Positions 51,580-62,133 are shown, counted from the first letter of the stretch. The stretch is 64,000 bases of DNA from an uncultured Ilyobacter sp. (GCA_963663915.1 OY760649.1:38004-102003), one strand, 5' to 3'. Made by a program: numbers and translations. The notes: generated by a model from the letters alone, not told the origin.

Positions 51580-52626
51580 TTAATCATTATTTATTGTAAC
51601 ATTACTAACTTCCATACTTCTGTTAAGAGAAGTTCCCACTCCTACTGTAGTTCTAATACTATCGGACTGATATTCTACAGTTTTACTGCCATTACTAAAA
51701 GTTATCTCCTGTCCACCAATACTCATTGACAAACTTTTTGAAGTCCCACTATTATTAACTTGCACACTAACAGGAACATCTTCTCCCTTCCAAGTTGAAA
51801 TTTTAATTGGTGGCGACATTTTATTTAGTTTTACTGTTTCTATTATTTCCTCGTTTCCATTAGAGGTATTAGGAGAATTCTTTGCGTTATCTCCGTTATT
51901 TTCATATTCATTTACTTTCAGAAGATACATCTCTCCTCTTATTGGATGTATTCTAAGCATGTATCCAGTAGGTGTCGCACCATTTATTCCTGTTTCTGTA
52001 TCAGATACCCCTGAATTTACATCCAGGAATATTTCCATTCGCCCTCCCCCATTAATTTTAAAGGAAGTCTCAAAACTAAATTCATCTAAAAAATTATCTG
52101 TAAACCACATCTGACCATTTGTTAGTGATATATCATCATAACTCTTGCTGGAAACGGTCCCTTCTTTTAATTCGCTGTCTGTAATCCATATATTTCCCTG
52201 ATTATATGCATTTTCAACTAATCTTGCATAAAGCCTACCTGTCGATTCATCATATAACCAGCCACCTTTCAACTGATCATGGTCATTACTCGCCCATTCA
52301 TAAACAGCCTTTCTTTCATTTTTTATTTTACTTACTTCTCCTCCTCCACTTGGAGTTTCAGGCATTTCACCTTTTGTATAATATTTTTTCAAATTATCAC
52401 TTAATTCATATTTACCACTTCCGGTCCCTATATCTTCACCATATACAGGGTAATGTCCCTCTGCAATATTAAAAAGATCTATCATTCCTTGTAAATTATA
52501 CAAGTTCCCGTGTACTTGAGAAGCTTTGGCAGCACTTATTGAATTTTCTATTTTTGGAAGTGCTATACTGGATAATAGTCCTATAGACCCTATTGCAATA
52601 AGAAGCTCTATTATTGTAAATCCTTT
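51580..52626 (-). pseudogene. Prepilin-type protein 1 (start codon removed by IS3); beta-rich, lectin-like C-terminal domain
   Basis: Frame stays open upstream of the tracked ORF to KGFTIIELLIAIGSIGLLSSIALPK at 52626, abutting the IS end. Confidence 0.8.
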
Positions 52627-52648
52627 TGGAGTTATGTCAATATAGTAG

Positions 52649-53520
52649 TCAACCTAACACCAAATTTTTCTGTAATTTTTCAAATTCAATAGGGGAGACA
52701 TTTCCTAAGAAACTATGTCTCCTCTCTTTATTATAAAATTCTATGTAATCAAATACCATTGCCTTCATATACTTCATAGTTACTAAGCCTTCCACATAAA
52801 CCATCTCTTTTTTCAATGAAGCATGAAAGGATTCTATCACTGCATTATCATAACAGTTCCCACGTCTACTCATAGATTGGACTAACCCTAGTTTTTTTAC
52901 AAGGTTAGAGTAATCCCTACTTGAATATTGCGATCCTTGATCACTATGAATTATAAGACCTTCCTCTGGTTCTTCCAATAAAAATGATCTTGTTAAAGTA
53001 TCTATTACTAACTCACTGGTCATGCGCTTACCTATATCGTAGGCGATAATCCTTCTAGAAAAAAGATCCATAATTGTGCTTAAATATAGCCAACCTTCGC
53101 TTGTCCAAATATATGTAATATCTGTAACCCAGACCTCATTCTTTCTACCTACCCTAAATTTTCTTTTGACGATATTTCCTGCAATATTTTCTCTTGCGCT
53201 CTTTTCCTTTCCTGTTTTAAACTTCTTGGTAGAATTAACTGATATATCATTTTCTTTCATTATTCTGTTTATTCGTCTTTCGCTTGTTATTATGCCATAC
53301 TCATCCTTGAGTTCAACCTTTAGTCTCGGGGCTCCATAGCTCCTCTTATGCCTGTTCTTTCTGACCTCCAGAATACTATCTAGAATCCATTGATCCTTTT
53401 TCTTTCTCTCGGTAGTTTTGTTATTCTGAAACTTATTAAAACCACTTCGAGAGACTTCTAGAGCTCTGCATATTTTAGATATAGAATGAACATCTCTGTG
53501 TATTTCAACGAAGATAAAGA
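52649..53520 (-). CDS. IS3 OrfB (probably expressed by frameshift; 5' limit approximate)
   Basis: WVTDITYI, HSDQGSQY and YDNAVIES motifs; frame continues upstream through SYGAPRL. Confidence 0.8.
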
Positions 53521-53532
53521 GTTCTCTCTTAG

Positions 53533-53832
53533 TTATCTTGTTTTCCTGGAGAATATGGCTGTAGCCTTTTTTAAGATTTCTATATCCTCTTCTTTTTCCT
53601 TAAGGAGCTTTTTCAGCCTGATAATTTCTTTGTCTTGAACGCTTAACTCCATGTCCTCCTTAGGACCTCCAAAGTATTTCTTTTCCCAGGCAGCAACAGT
53701 ATTAGTGGTAATACCATATTCCTTTGATAGCTCTACCTTTGTTTTTATTTTAAGAAAAGAAAGCTCAGCAATTTGCTTCTGTTTCTCTTCTGAAAATCTT
53801 GCATATTTTCTTTTTTCTTCCATCTTAGACAC
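53533..53832 (-). CDS. IS3 OrfA
   Basis: RKYARFSEEKQ...EDIEILKKATAIF. Confidence 0.85.
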   Translation of the reverse strand: MSKMEEKRKYARFSEEKQKQIAELSFLKIKTKVELSKEYGITTNTVAAWEKKYFGGPKEDMELSVQDKEIIRLKKLLKEKEEDIEILKKATAIFSRKTR

Positions 53833-53901
53833 TCCTAAATATATTTATTTTTATTATATATTTTTGAGTGCTAAACTGTCTACTAAACCATCATAACACC
53901 A

Positions 53902-53977
53902 CTTCCTGTCTTTATCAGTAATGTATACACCCTCATATGAATTGTCAAAAATATATTTTAGTTACTCATTAATCACA
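53902..53977 (-). pseudogene. N-terminal fragment of a PAS-domain gene cut by IS3
   Basis: RBS GGAGG, then (M)INE*LKYIFDNSYEGVYITDKDRK up to the IS end. Confidence 0.45.
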
Positions 53978-54035
53978 CATTTAACCTCCAAAGAATTTAT
54001 TTCGAATCTTATACAATGTATTTCATATTATTGAT

Positions 54036-54490
54036 TCAATTTTTTATCCTATACAGCGTGGCTCTGCTCAACTCTGTCAGCTTGATACAATCCGAAAGTT
54101 TTATGCTTTTACTTAGCCAGGCGTCCATATGACGATTCTGCTCTTTTGTCATATCATCCACTTTACTTGGTCGCCCTGTTTCCCTCTTAGTTCGCTTTGA
54201 TACCTTCTTACCCTTATCATTTATCTCCATAGCCTCTATACCCTCACGCTGCCTCTTGAGGATCTTCTCACGTTCCTTCTCTGCAATATATCCGAGTAAA
54301 TGAAGAAGCATAGGCTGGAGCAGTTCTATCTCTATCTTACTTTATATTTGCCGTAGATAAAATCTCATTATCCAGTATCTATATATGCACTTTCTTCTTA
54401 CCCAACATCTCATAAGTGTCCTTTATCTGCTTCAGGTTTCTCCCAATTATCTATAGACCCTTAACAACTATTGTATCTCCAGCTGCTATT
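54036..54490 (-). pseudogene. Degraded serine resolvase
   Basis: AAGDTIVVKGL*IIGRNL...; C-terminus YIAEKEREKILKRQREG...GRP...LSRATLYR. Confidence 0.75.
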
Positions 54491-54585
54491 GTATAAAATT
54501 AAGTAATACTGGCAATTTCTATCAATGAAAGAATGAATAAATTCAACTTCATATTAGGATCTACTTTTAAGTTATTATTTTAATG

Positions 54586-54996
54586 CTAGTTGTGTGTTTT
54601 CATGAACTCTATGATTTCCCTTGTAAATTTTAGAAAATCCAGTTTTCCTTCAGTAGCAATAAACTTAAGAACATTAATATCGACACTTTGGTACTCGTGG
54701 ATAATTACATTTCTGAAACCGACCATCTTCTCCATAATAAGCCCCATATCCTTTGATATAACTTTTCCGTCTACCAGTTTTGTAAAGGCCTCACTGCTTT
54801 TTTTAGGTATTCCAAGACCTAATTTCGATACAATATACATTGAAAGATCGATGGACTGCTGGCAGGCTCTTTGAATATGTAAAATAAGGGCATCTTGATA
54901 GAGAGATTCTTCAAATGTTTCCTCACTATAGATTTCATTTATTTTTCTGACACATTTTTCGATACTCTCAACCTTGTTAAATACTACTCTTTCCAA
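54586..54996 (-). CDS. HEPN/DUF86 (HepT-like) toxin
   Basis: MVGFRNVIIHEY (R-X4-H-X-Y). Confidence 0.9.
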   Translation of the reverse strand: MERVVFNKVESIEKCVRKINEIYSEETFEESLYQDALILHIQRACQQSIDLSMYIVSKLGLGIPKKSSEAFTKLVDGKVISKDMGLIMEKMVGFRNVIIHEYQSVDINVLKFIATEGKLDFLKFTREIIEFMKTHN

Positions 54997-55388
54997 TTAA
55001 AAACACTTCCTCTTAATAAGATTTCTTTAAAGACTATTTCTCTGTCCTCTTCCAGAGTGAGGTACATAGAAAGAATCTTCATCTCTAATTTCTCTAAAAA
55101 CAGACTGTCCCTGGCATAGATAGCGATTCCTGTTGACACAATTTCTCCTTGAAAGGAGGTATCAACCTTATTGAAGTCAACTAGATCGACGTTTTTTTTA
55201 AGTTTATCTTCCAAGTCCGACTTAAATCCAAGAAGCTTCATGAAGTCATAGCTTCCTACTATTGCAATATCTATGTCGCTCTCTTCTCTTACTTCATTAC
55301 GAGCAGCGGAACCAAATAAATATATAACATCCACACTTTTATCTTTAAAATAATCTAGAATAATATCTGATATCTCTTTTAATTTCAA
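54984..55388 (-). CDS. MNT (MntA-like) antitoxin
   Basis: YLFGSAARNEVREESDIDIAI (GS-X10-DXD); VDLVD. Confidence 0.9.
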   Translation of the reverse strand: MKLKEISDIILDYFKDKSVDVIYLFGSAARNEVREESDIDIAIVGSYDFMKLLGFKSDLEDKLKKNVDLVDFNKVDTSFQGEIVSTGIAIYARDSLFLEKLEMKILSMYLTLEEDREIVFKEILLRGSVFNWKE

Positions 55389-55910
55389 TTTTGTTATCTC
55401 CTTAAATTCAGGTTTTATTAAAATTAACTTTCTCTTTCTACATTAACAGTATATACCATTCCACGACTTATGAAAATATAGTAAAATAAAAATGGAGGCA
55501 TTAGGATTATAATACCCCTAAAGTTCCAATTAAATAAAAGGCAATGTGCTATTATTTATTTAAGGACTTAGGGAGGTATTTTTTTATTTCTAAAAAAGAG
55601 AAGTGAGCTATGAATTGAAGTTTGTGAATACTTAATTGCAGGAAAGTCTTACTCAAGCTTATTAAAAGAATATGGACTTAAAAGTAGTAGTATGTTATCT
55701 AATTTAAAAGAAAGCATATTTTTCTGGAACTCTTTCTATAGGAAGTAAACAAGGGTAAAAAATGTGAAGCAGATAGTCTAGAAATATTAAAAAAATGTTT
55801 TGCTTAACTAATGGTGAGTATTTCGAGATCAGGCGCTTACTGGGAAAATTCTCCAATAGAAAATTGTTTTTCACAATTAAAAGAAGAATAATTAAGACCA
55901 AAAAGAACAT

Positions 55911-55947
55911 AAAAAAATACGTTCAGTGGGATAGCACTGACGTATTC
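55911..55947 (-). terminator. Probable terminator of prepilin gene 2, now separated from it by IS3 copy 3
   Basis: Minus-strand ATACGTCAGTG-ctatcc-CACTGAACGTAT followed by a T-tract. Confidence 0.5.
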
Positions 55948-56065
55948 AAAAGGATTTAAATTATCAATCACCTATTTAATTTTTGAAAAGTGGATAGGCT
56001 ACAATAAGTTGGACAGTTTTCTTAAGGTCATGTAAAATAAAATATAAAACCAAAGGAGAATAATC

Positions 56066-56362
56066 ATGACCATATCAAACCAGAAGAGAAAACGTCGTAC
56101 CTACACAGATGAATTTAAAAATCAATTAGTTCTATTGCATCTAAATGGAAAGCGTAAATGTGATATCGTAAGAGAATATGATATCTCTGCCTCATTATTA
56201 AATAAATGGATAAACCAATCTGAAACTAGTGGCTCTTTTAATGGAAAAGATAATCGTACCACTGAAGAACAAGAACTTATTGAACTTCGTAAGCGAAATA
56301 AGCAGCTTGAAATGGAGAATGATATTTTAAAGCAGGCGGCGCTGATTTTAGGACGAAAGTAA
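56066..56362 (+). CDS. IS3 transposase OrfA
   Basis: One substitution relative to copy 1. Confidence 0.9.
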   Translation: MTISNQKRKRRTYTDEFKNQLVLLHLNGKRKCDIVREYDISASLLNKWINQSETSGSFNGKDNRTTEEQELIELRKRNKQLEMENDILKQAALILGRK

Positions 56363-56364
56363 AT

Positions 56365-57198
56365 GTGATTAAAAATAATATTCACAAATACTCTGTATCA
56401 GCAATGTGCCAAGTCCTTGGGATTTCTAGAAGTATGTATTATTACAAGTCTAAAATTAAAAATAACATCTCTCCTTTAATAGAACTAATCAAAGATATTT
56501 TTGAAGAGAGTAGAAGAAACTATGGAACTAGAAGAATAAAATTCGAGCTTTTTAAACTGGGACATAAAGTTTCCAGAAGACGAATAAGCTCAATCATGAA
56601 ACAAAATGGGTTGGTATCAAAATATACAATTGCAAATTTTAAGCCACATCACGACAAAATCAATGAAGAAGAGTTGGCTAATTTAGTTGAGCGTAATTTT
56701 AACAAAAAGGATCATCTACAAGTTGTAGTTAGCGATTTAACCTACGTCAGGGTAGGTAAGGCCTGGAATTATATCTGTGTCTTAATAGATCTTTTTAACA
56801 GAGAAATCATAGGTTATAGCTCTGGAAAAAACAAAGATGCCCAGTTGGTAGCAAGAGCTTTTTCAAAAGTGAAGGGAAACCTACAAAAGGTTAAAATTTT
56901 CCATACGGACCGTGGAAATGAATTTAATAATCAATTAATAAAAAAAACGCTAGAAACCTTTAATATTAGGCGTTCTTTAAGCATGAAAGGGTGTCCATAT
57001 GATAATGCAGTGGCAGAAGCCACCTTCAAAACCATAAAGACAGAATTCATAAATGGAATTTATTTTGATTCCTTAAAAGAATTAAATTATGAATTATTAG
57101 ATTATGTTAACTGGTTTAACAACCACAGAATCCACTCTTCTCTTGGTTATCAAACGCCAGTAGAGTACAGAATGAATAACCTTAAAAAAGTTGTCTAA
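56365..57198 (+). CDS. IS3 transposase OrfB (DDE)
   Basis: Four substitutions relative to copy 1. Confidence 0.92.
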   Translation: MIKNNIHKYSVSAMCQVLGISRSMYYYKSKIKNNISPLIELIKDIFEESRRNYGTRRIKFELFKLGHKVSRRRISSIMKQNGLVSKYTIANFKPHHDKINEEELANLVERNFNKKDHLQVVVSDLTYVRVGKAWNYICVLIDLFNREIIGYSSGKNKDAQLVARAFSKVKGNLQKVKIFHTDRGNEFNNQLIKKTLETFNIRRSLSMKGCPYDNAVAEATFKTIKTEFINGIYFDSLKELNYELLDYVNWFNNHRIHSSLGYQTPVEYRMNNLKKVV

Positions 57199-57275
57199 AA
57201 AAGTGTTGCCATTCCAAAGAGATATCTATGAATCATAGATATATTTAGATTGATTAAAGAAAAATAAAATATAAT

Positions 57276-58088
57276 TTATATAACTTGAAGAGTGCTTATA
57301 TCTATAATATTATCTTCATCTATTGTATGATAGTACCAGTTCCCGTCTAAATCGTTATAAATAAGATTCCAGTTTAATGTAGACGATAATTCTCTAGTAT
57401 TACCATCAGAATCCGTAACTGTAAAAGTATAGCCATCTTCAGGTTCAATAGCCAATGTTCTCCCACCTGGTTTGTAATAAATATGCTCAATGGCCTCCGC
57501 CCACTCTTCCGGATCTAAGCCAAGATCTGTATATCTATAATCTCCCCAAGTTCTTCCATATCCCAGTGTTTGCATTAAAGATATTATTGCTGAAGATATC
57601 TCTTCAAAAGTGCTTCCTAAAGAAGTTAAATCTTCAGTTTCAGTTTCTGATTCATATTCTTCTTCCCATATTTCAGTCGATTCATCTCCTGTATAAGTAC
57701 CATTTGCCAGATTGGCGTAGATGTTCCCTTCATCATAAAAATATAACCATCCCCCTGTGTTGTCTCTGTCACTTACAATATTATTAGTCTCTGAAGTTGT
57801 ATCAGAAGAAGGCGTGTCAGGCATTGTCGATCTATTATAAAAATCAGTAAATTTAGTTTCTGAATCGATAATATCCCCTAAATCTTCATTATTTTCAATA
57901 TCAGGATAACTTGATGTTTTTACATAGTAAACCCCTATGGCTGTCCTCAGATTAGCTAAATTCCCTTGAACATTTGCAACTTTTGCACTGCTGTTAACTT
58001 CTGTGAACTTGGGAATTGCAATGGCTGAAAGTAATCCTATAACAGAAATTACTATTAGAAGTTCTATTATGGTAAAGGCTTTTTTCAT
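57276..58088 (-). CDS. Prepilin-type (type IV pilin/pseudopilin) protein 2 with an acidic, unknown C-terminal domain
   Basis: MKKA|FTIIELL class III signal plus hydrophobic helix; shared N-terminal module. Confidence 0.85.
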   Translation of the reverse strand: MKKAFTIIELLIVISVIGLLSAIAIPKFTEVNSSAKVANVQGNLANLRTAIGVYYVKTSSYPDIENNEDLGDIIDSETKFTDFYNRSTMPDTPSSDTTSETNNIVSDRDNTGGWLYFYDEGNIYANLANGTYTGDESTEIWEEEYESETETEDLTSLGSTFEEISSAIISLMQTLGYGRTWGDYRYTDLGLDPEEWAEAIEHIYYKPGGRTLAIEPEDGYTFTVTDSDGNTRELSSTLNWNLIYNDLDGNWYYHTIDEDNIIDISTLQVI

Positions 58089-58200
58089 TGTTTCTCCTTT
58101 TATTTATAGATATTCGAAGGGTTTTAATAGGAATCTTTTGGATATCAAATAATCTAATAATTTGTTTACTGTTTCAACCAACTTCCATTATTATATATAT

Positions 58201-59509
58201 AAGACCTTTGAAAAATAAGGTCTTTTTTTTTATAAAATTCTAAAATTTAAATTTTTTTTTAAAAAATAGCTTATTTTTAATTTTTCAGACCTATTTCATC
58301 TTAATTTCACTGCAAATCTACCCTTAAATCTGTTGGAAAACAGATTTTGGGCGGACTCATCCCTTAAATGGTTATATAAATTTTTTTATTTTTCATTCCA
58401 AAATCCCTAGCTATAGAATAAACAGCTTTTTTGAGATTAAAGCTTAGCATTTTTATTGTGTTCTCAAGATTACATCTATCTTTTCCAATATATCTCATTT
58501 TTTCATATCCAAAGTGCTGTTTTAATAATCCAAATGATTGCTCTATTCGATATCTAATTTTACTGATCTCTTTATTCCTTACTATTTCTTCTGCTGTTAA
58601 TTCTGTATTTTTTAATTTTTTACGCATAATTCCATCTTTCATTTCTATTCTGTTTAACAATTGGATATTCTTTTTAGACATGTATCCTTTATCAGCTAAA
58701 ATAGTTGTTCCTTTCTCTACATCACTTTCTTTTATGATTTGTTCTAATTGATTCATATCACTTACATTAGCTCCTGTAACATGACCACCTAAAAAATAGC
58801 CATCATAATTAACAAGATGATGGCCTTTATATCCGTAGTGGAATTTGCCTCTTTTTATTAACCAAGCAGCATCTATATCATCAGAATAAGTTATTTCAAC
58901 TTTATTTTCTTTTTGAGATGTTTCATTAATCTCATCTTCTTTTCTATCTTCTACAAGTTCACCTTTAATTGATTTTCTAGGTCTTCGCGCAGATTCTATT
59001 ACAGTTGCATCAACAATAGCACCATTTTTTACAATGAGATTTTTAAGAATAAGTTGTCTATTAACTTCTTTAAACAGTTTATGGTAAAGGTTCTCTTTTA
59101 ATAGAAAAGTTCTAAATCTCGATATAGTGGAGTGATCTGGTGTAGGACTATCTATTGATATTTTTAGAAATTTAATAAAAGAAATCCTATCGTTTAATTG
59201 TTCTTCTACAGCAGGATCGCTTAAATTATACCAAGTTTGTAAAAGTATAACTTTAAAAAGTAGAATGTTTGAGTAAGATGAAGCCCCTATATTAGATCTT
59301 TCATTATATTTTTTAAATATTTTATCTATAGACTTCCAGTCGATGATGAGGTTAACAGCTTCTAAAAAATTATTATTCCCCTTAGATGAAACAGCCATCT
59401 CTGCGAAAGATACTGCATATTTTTCTTTTGCTTTTCTAACCATAATCTCACCCCTAAATTCTTAATAATAGAATTATACGACATTATTAAGGACTTTTTC
59501 AAAGATCTT
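58201..59509 (-). mobile_element. IS5-family element
   Basis: IRs AAGACCTTTGAAAAA / TTTTTCAAAGATCTT; inserted in a TA-repeat with TAT duplicated. Confidence 0.88.
58364..59443 (-). CDS. IS5-family transposase
   Basis: LSDPAVEEQLNDRISF, PDHSTISRFR, IVDAT, YGYKGH, ADKGY and RYRIEQSFG motifs. Confidence 0.92.
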   Translation of the reverse strand: MVRKAKEKYAVSFAEMAVSSKGNNNFLEAVNLIIDWKSIDKIFKKYNERSNIGASSYSNILLFKVILLQTWYNLSDPAVEEQLNDRISFIKFLKISIDSPTPDHSTISRFRTFLLKENLYHKLFKEVNRQLILKNLIVKNGAIVDATVIESARRPRKSIKGELVEDRKEDEINETSQKENKVEITYSDDIDAAWLIKRGKFHYGYKGHHLVNYDGYFLGGHVTGANVSDMNQLEQIIKESDVEKGTTILADKGYMSKKNIQLLNRIEMKDGIMRKKLKNTELTAEEIVRNKEISKIRYRIEQSFGLLKQHFGYEKMRYIGKDRCNLENTIKMLSFNLKKAVYSIARDFGMKNKKIYITI

Positions 59510-60500
59510 TATATGTACCAGCTTCTTTGCTGTTGTTATCATAAAAAGTCTTGAAAGAATTTGAACCATTGCGATAAAAAGTATTTTCATTAATGTCTAC
59601 ACTGTTTCCTATAGTTATTTCTGTGGTGTTATTATACGCAAAAGCAAAACCATCAATTTTTGAAATACTATTAGGTATAGTTATACTAGAAATATCGTTA
59701 TTTGAAAAAGCCCACTCTCCAATTGTTGTTACTCCTTCATTTATAGTAACATCTGTTAAGTTGTTTTCAGCAAAGGATAATATTCCAATTTTATCTACTC
59801 CGCCTGGGATAGTTATACTTTCAAGGTTATTACCACGAAACGCTAAAGTTCCAATATTTGTTAATGTATCGGGAAGTACAACACTAGTTAGTTTATCCCA
59901 AGTATTTCCTTGTATATCAAATGAAGCATGACCAATTTGAGTTACTACAACTCCGTCTATTTCATTTGGAATCTTTAAATCCGTTCCTGCCTCACCATCA
60001 TAACTAGCAATTTGGTAAGGCTTATTTTCTTTAGTAGTAAAATGCTCTGCTGAAGTAAATAATTCTTCTTGATCAACTAATTCAGTTTCTCCACTCCAAA
60101 TCTCATTGGAATTATCTCCGCTATAAATTCCGTCTTCTAAGTTAGCATATATTTCTCCGCCACTTTCGATGTAAATCCATCCTCCTGTATTAGACCTGCT
60201 TCTATAAACAGTATTTGACTTTGTTCCTCCTGAATAACCTGGTGTATTCGGCATTTTACTTTTAGAATATACGTCGCTAAAATCACCTAAATTATTCTCA
60301 TTTCCTACCAGATCAGGATAACTTGAATTTTTCAGATTATATATAGATATTGCTGTATTCAAATTTGCTAAATTCCCACTGACGTTAGCTACCTTTGCTT
60401 CCGATCTTATATTGGAAAATTTTGGAAGTGAAATAGCTGATATTAGAGAGATTATTGATATAACTATCATCAGCTCTATTCCTGTGAATCCTTGCTTCAT
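59499..60500 (-). CDS. Prepilin-type protein 3 with BspA/TpLRR leucine-rich repeats; last ~10 aa displaced by IS5
   Basis: MKQG|FTGIELM; repeats LTSVVLPDTLTNIGTLAF, LESITIPGGVDKIGILSF, LTDVTINEGVTTIGEWAF. Confidence 0.85.
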   Translation of the reverse strand: MKQGFTGIELMIVISIISLISAISLPKFSNIRSEAKVANVSGNLANLNTAISIYNLKNSSYPDLVGNENNLGDFSDVYSKSKMPNTPGYSGGTKSNTVYRSRSNTGGWIYIESGGEIYANLEDGIYSGDNSNEIWSGETELVDQEELFTSAEHFTTKENKPYQIASYDGEAGTDLKIPNEIDGVVVTQIGHASFDIQGNTWDKLTSVVLPDTLTNIGTLAFRGNNLESITIPGGVDKIGILSFAENNLTDVTINEGVTTIGEWAFSNNDISSITIPNSISKIDGFAFAYNNTTEITIGNSVDINENTFYRNGSNSFKTFYDNNSKEAGTYKDL

Positions 60501-60582
60501 ATTTCACCTCCAATTTTTATAGATAAACTTCCTAGTCACTAAAAACTAAGAGACAAAAATAAAAGTAGCTTCTTTTATAAAT

Positions 60583-61542
60583 TTATTGTGCTGTTACCGA
60601 AAATGCATCTATAAAGTTTCCCACTGAGTTAGATTTACTTGCTGAGCTTACTGAATTAAGAGAAAATGTTGTCGTTGTTTGTCCTTCAGGAACTACGTAA
60701 GTACCAGTGTAAGTGCCCCATTCAGTATTTCCATCAGTCATAGTCTCTAATACTATGGTTTCATCTCCATCCCCGACACTTATCGTAGCAACGTCTTCTC
60801 CAGTCCTTCCTCTGTGACTAATAGACCATGTCAAAGTCGTCCCAGGAGTAGTTTCTATTTCCTGATATAATGATGCTACCTGTGTTGCATTCAACTCTAC
60901 AAAATAATTTCCGTCAGCTGCGTTTACTCCAAGGAAACCATCGCTCCAAATCTCTATTTTATTATCTGTTGCTGTTGTGCTCCACCCGTCAATTGAGCCA
61001 GCATCAACAAGCGCATATGAATTAGGCGATATTGTATAATTTTCGAAACTAGGATTGATTGCAGTTTCGACTTGGCTGCTTGAAGTTTCTGGACTTGAAC
61101 TTTCATCATTCCAAATCTCATTAGTGGAGTCTCCTGTATAAGCTCCATTGGGAAGATCTGCATATATTTCCCCCTCATCTTTAAAATAAAGCCACCCTCC
61201 GTCATCAGTTCTTTCAGCTGTTACATTATTGCTTTCAGAACCACCTTCAAAAGATGGTGTATCTGGCATCTTTGATTTAGAGTAAAAATTTGAAAACTCC
61301 CCCAAGTTATCTTGACTTCCTTCCAAGTCGGGATACTCTTCATTTTTCAATTTATACATTTCTATCGCAGTGTTTAAATTAGAGAGGTTAGCCTGTACAT
61401 TTGCCACCTTCGCTTCTAATGTAACATTATTATATTTTGGGATAACAATGGCTGATATCAGTGAAATAATAGAGATTACTATCATTAATTCTATGAGTGT
61501 AAATCCTTTTTTCAAATTGCTCTCCTTCTGTTTCACAAACAT
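60583..61542 (-). CDS. Prepilin-type protein 4 with a C-terminal jelly-roll/carbohydrate-binding-like domain
   Basis: KKG|FTLIELM; Ser-rich linker; NPSFE...IDGWST...AADGNYFVELNA...LYQEIETTPG...HRGR...GNFID. Confidence 0.85.
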   Translation of the reverse strand: MFVKQKESNLKKGFTLIELMIVISIISLISAIVIPKYNNVTLEAKVANVQANLSNLNTAIEMYKLKNEEYPDLEGSQDNLGEFSNFYSKSKMPDTPSFEGGSESNNVTAERTDDGGWLYFKDEGEIYADLPNGAYTGDSTNEIWNDESSSPETSSSQVETAINPSFENYTISPNSYALVDAGSIDGWSTTATDNKIEIWSDGFLGVNAADGNYFVELNATQVASLYQEIETTPGTTLTWSISHRGRTGEDVATISVGDGDETIVLETMTDGNTEWGTYTGTYVVPEGQTTTTFSLNSVSSASKSNSVGNFIDAFSVTAQ

Positions 61543-61747
61543 ATGTCAATTGTGTGTCACCCTTTGAGTATATTATTTAAAAAGTTTTATGTCAAAATTA
61601 TTATGCTTACAAATTACAACAAGACATCCCTTTAGAATGTCTTGTATAGAAAATTTTTGTATTTATAAACAAACCTATTATCAAAAAAGGATATTTGTAA
61701 CGAAAATCGAATAACGTTCAAAATAAGATAATGTTAGGAGAAGTGAC

Positions 61748-62011
61748 ATGAGTAAGAATAGTTTTTTAAAGGTCAAAGACCTAAAAGAGGCATTTATAAA
61801 CACTTTCAAAATATTTTTATTAAGTCTTATATTGAGTTTTTCAATTCTAACTCCTCTTTATATTTTCCACATAGAAATTTTTGATACCCTTAGTCTATTG
61901 AAAATGACTTCAATTACCGGTATAAGATCGGTTTTTTTGTATCTAGTTATAATATTAGCAATACGTATTTTTAAAGGAAAACCAAAAAAGATTAAGATCG
62001 GCAGGTTATAA
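61748..62011 (+). CDS. Small membrane protein (2 TM), unknown function
   Basis: RBS AGGAG; two hydrophobic segments. Confidence 0.55.
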   Translation: MSKNSFLKVKDLKEAFINTFKIFLLSLILSFSILTPLYIFHIEIFDTLSLLKMTSITGIRSVFLYLVIILAIRIFKGKPKKIKIGRL

Positions 62012-62133
62012 GCAGATGTTTTAATAATAAATATAATTTTGATCACCAAAATCTTAAAGACACAGCATAGACAAAGCTATCCCACCATAAAAAAAGAAGG
62101 AACTAAAAGTCCCTCCTTAATAATTTGCTAGAC

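Larger units (their letters stand above)
52627..53901 (-). mobile_element. Third IS3-family element
   Basis: IRs TGGAGTTATGTCAATATAGTAGTC / TGGTGTTATGATGGTTTAGTAGAC; orfA 53533-53832; orfB ending at 52649; no TSD. Confidence 0.88.
55991..57216 (+). mobile_element. IS3 copy 3 (complete)
   Basis: Near-identical to copy 1; 3-bp TSD AAG on both sides. Confidence 0.94.

Noticed and set aside
55490-55910. Hairpin TACCCCTAAAGTTCC...GGACTTAGGGAGGTA and a decayed IS-like stretch
   Set aside because: Probably an old IS remnant, but too degraded to support a call.
51580-61542. Shufflon or DGR driving pilin variation
   Set aside because: No tyrosine invertase, repeated inversion sites, reverse transcriptase or template repeat seen; each paralog has its own N-terminus.
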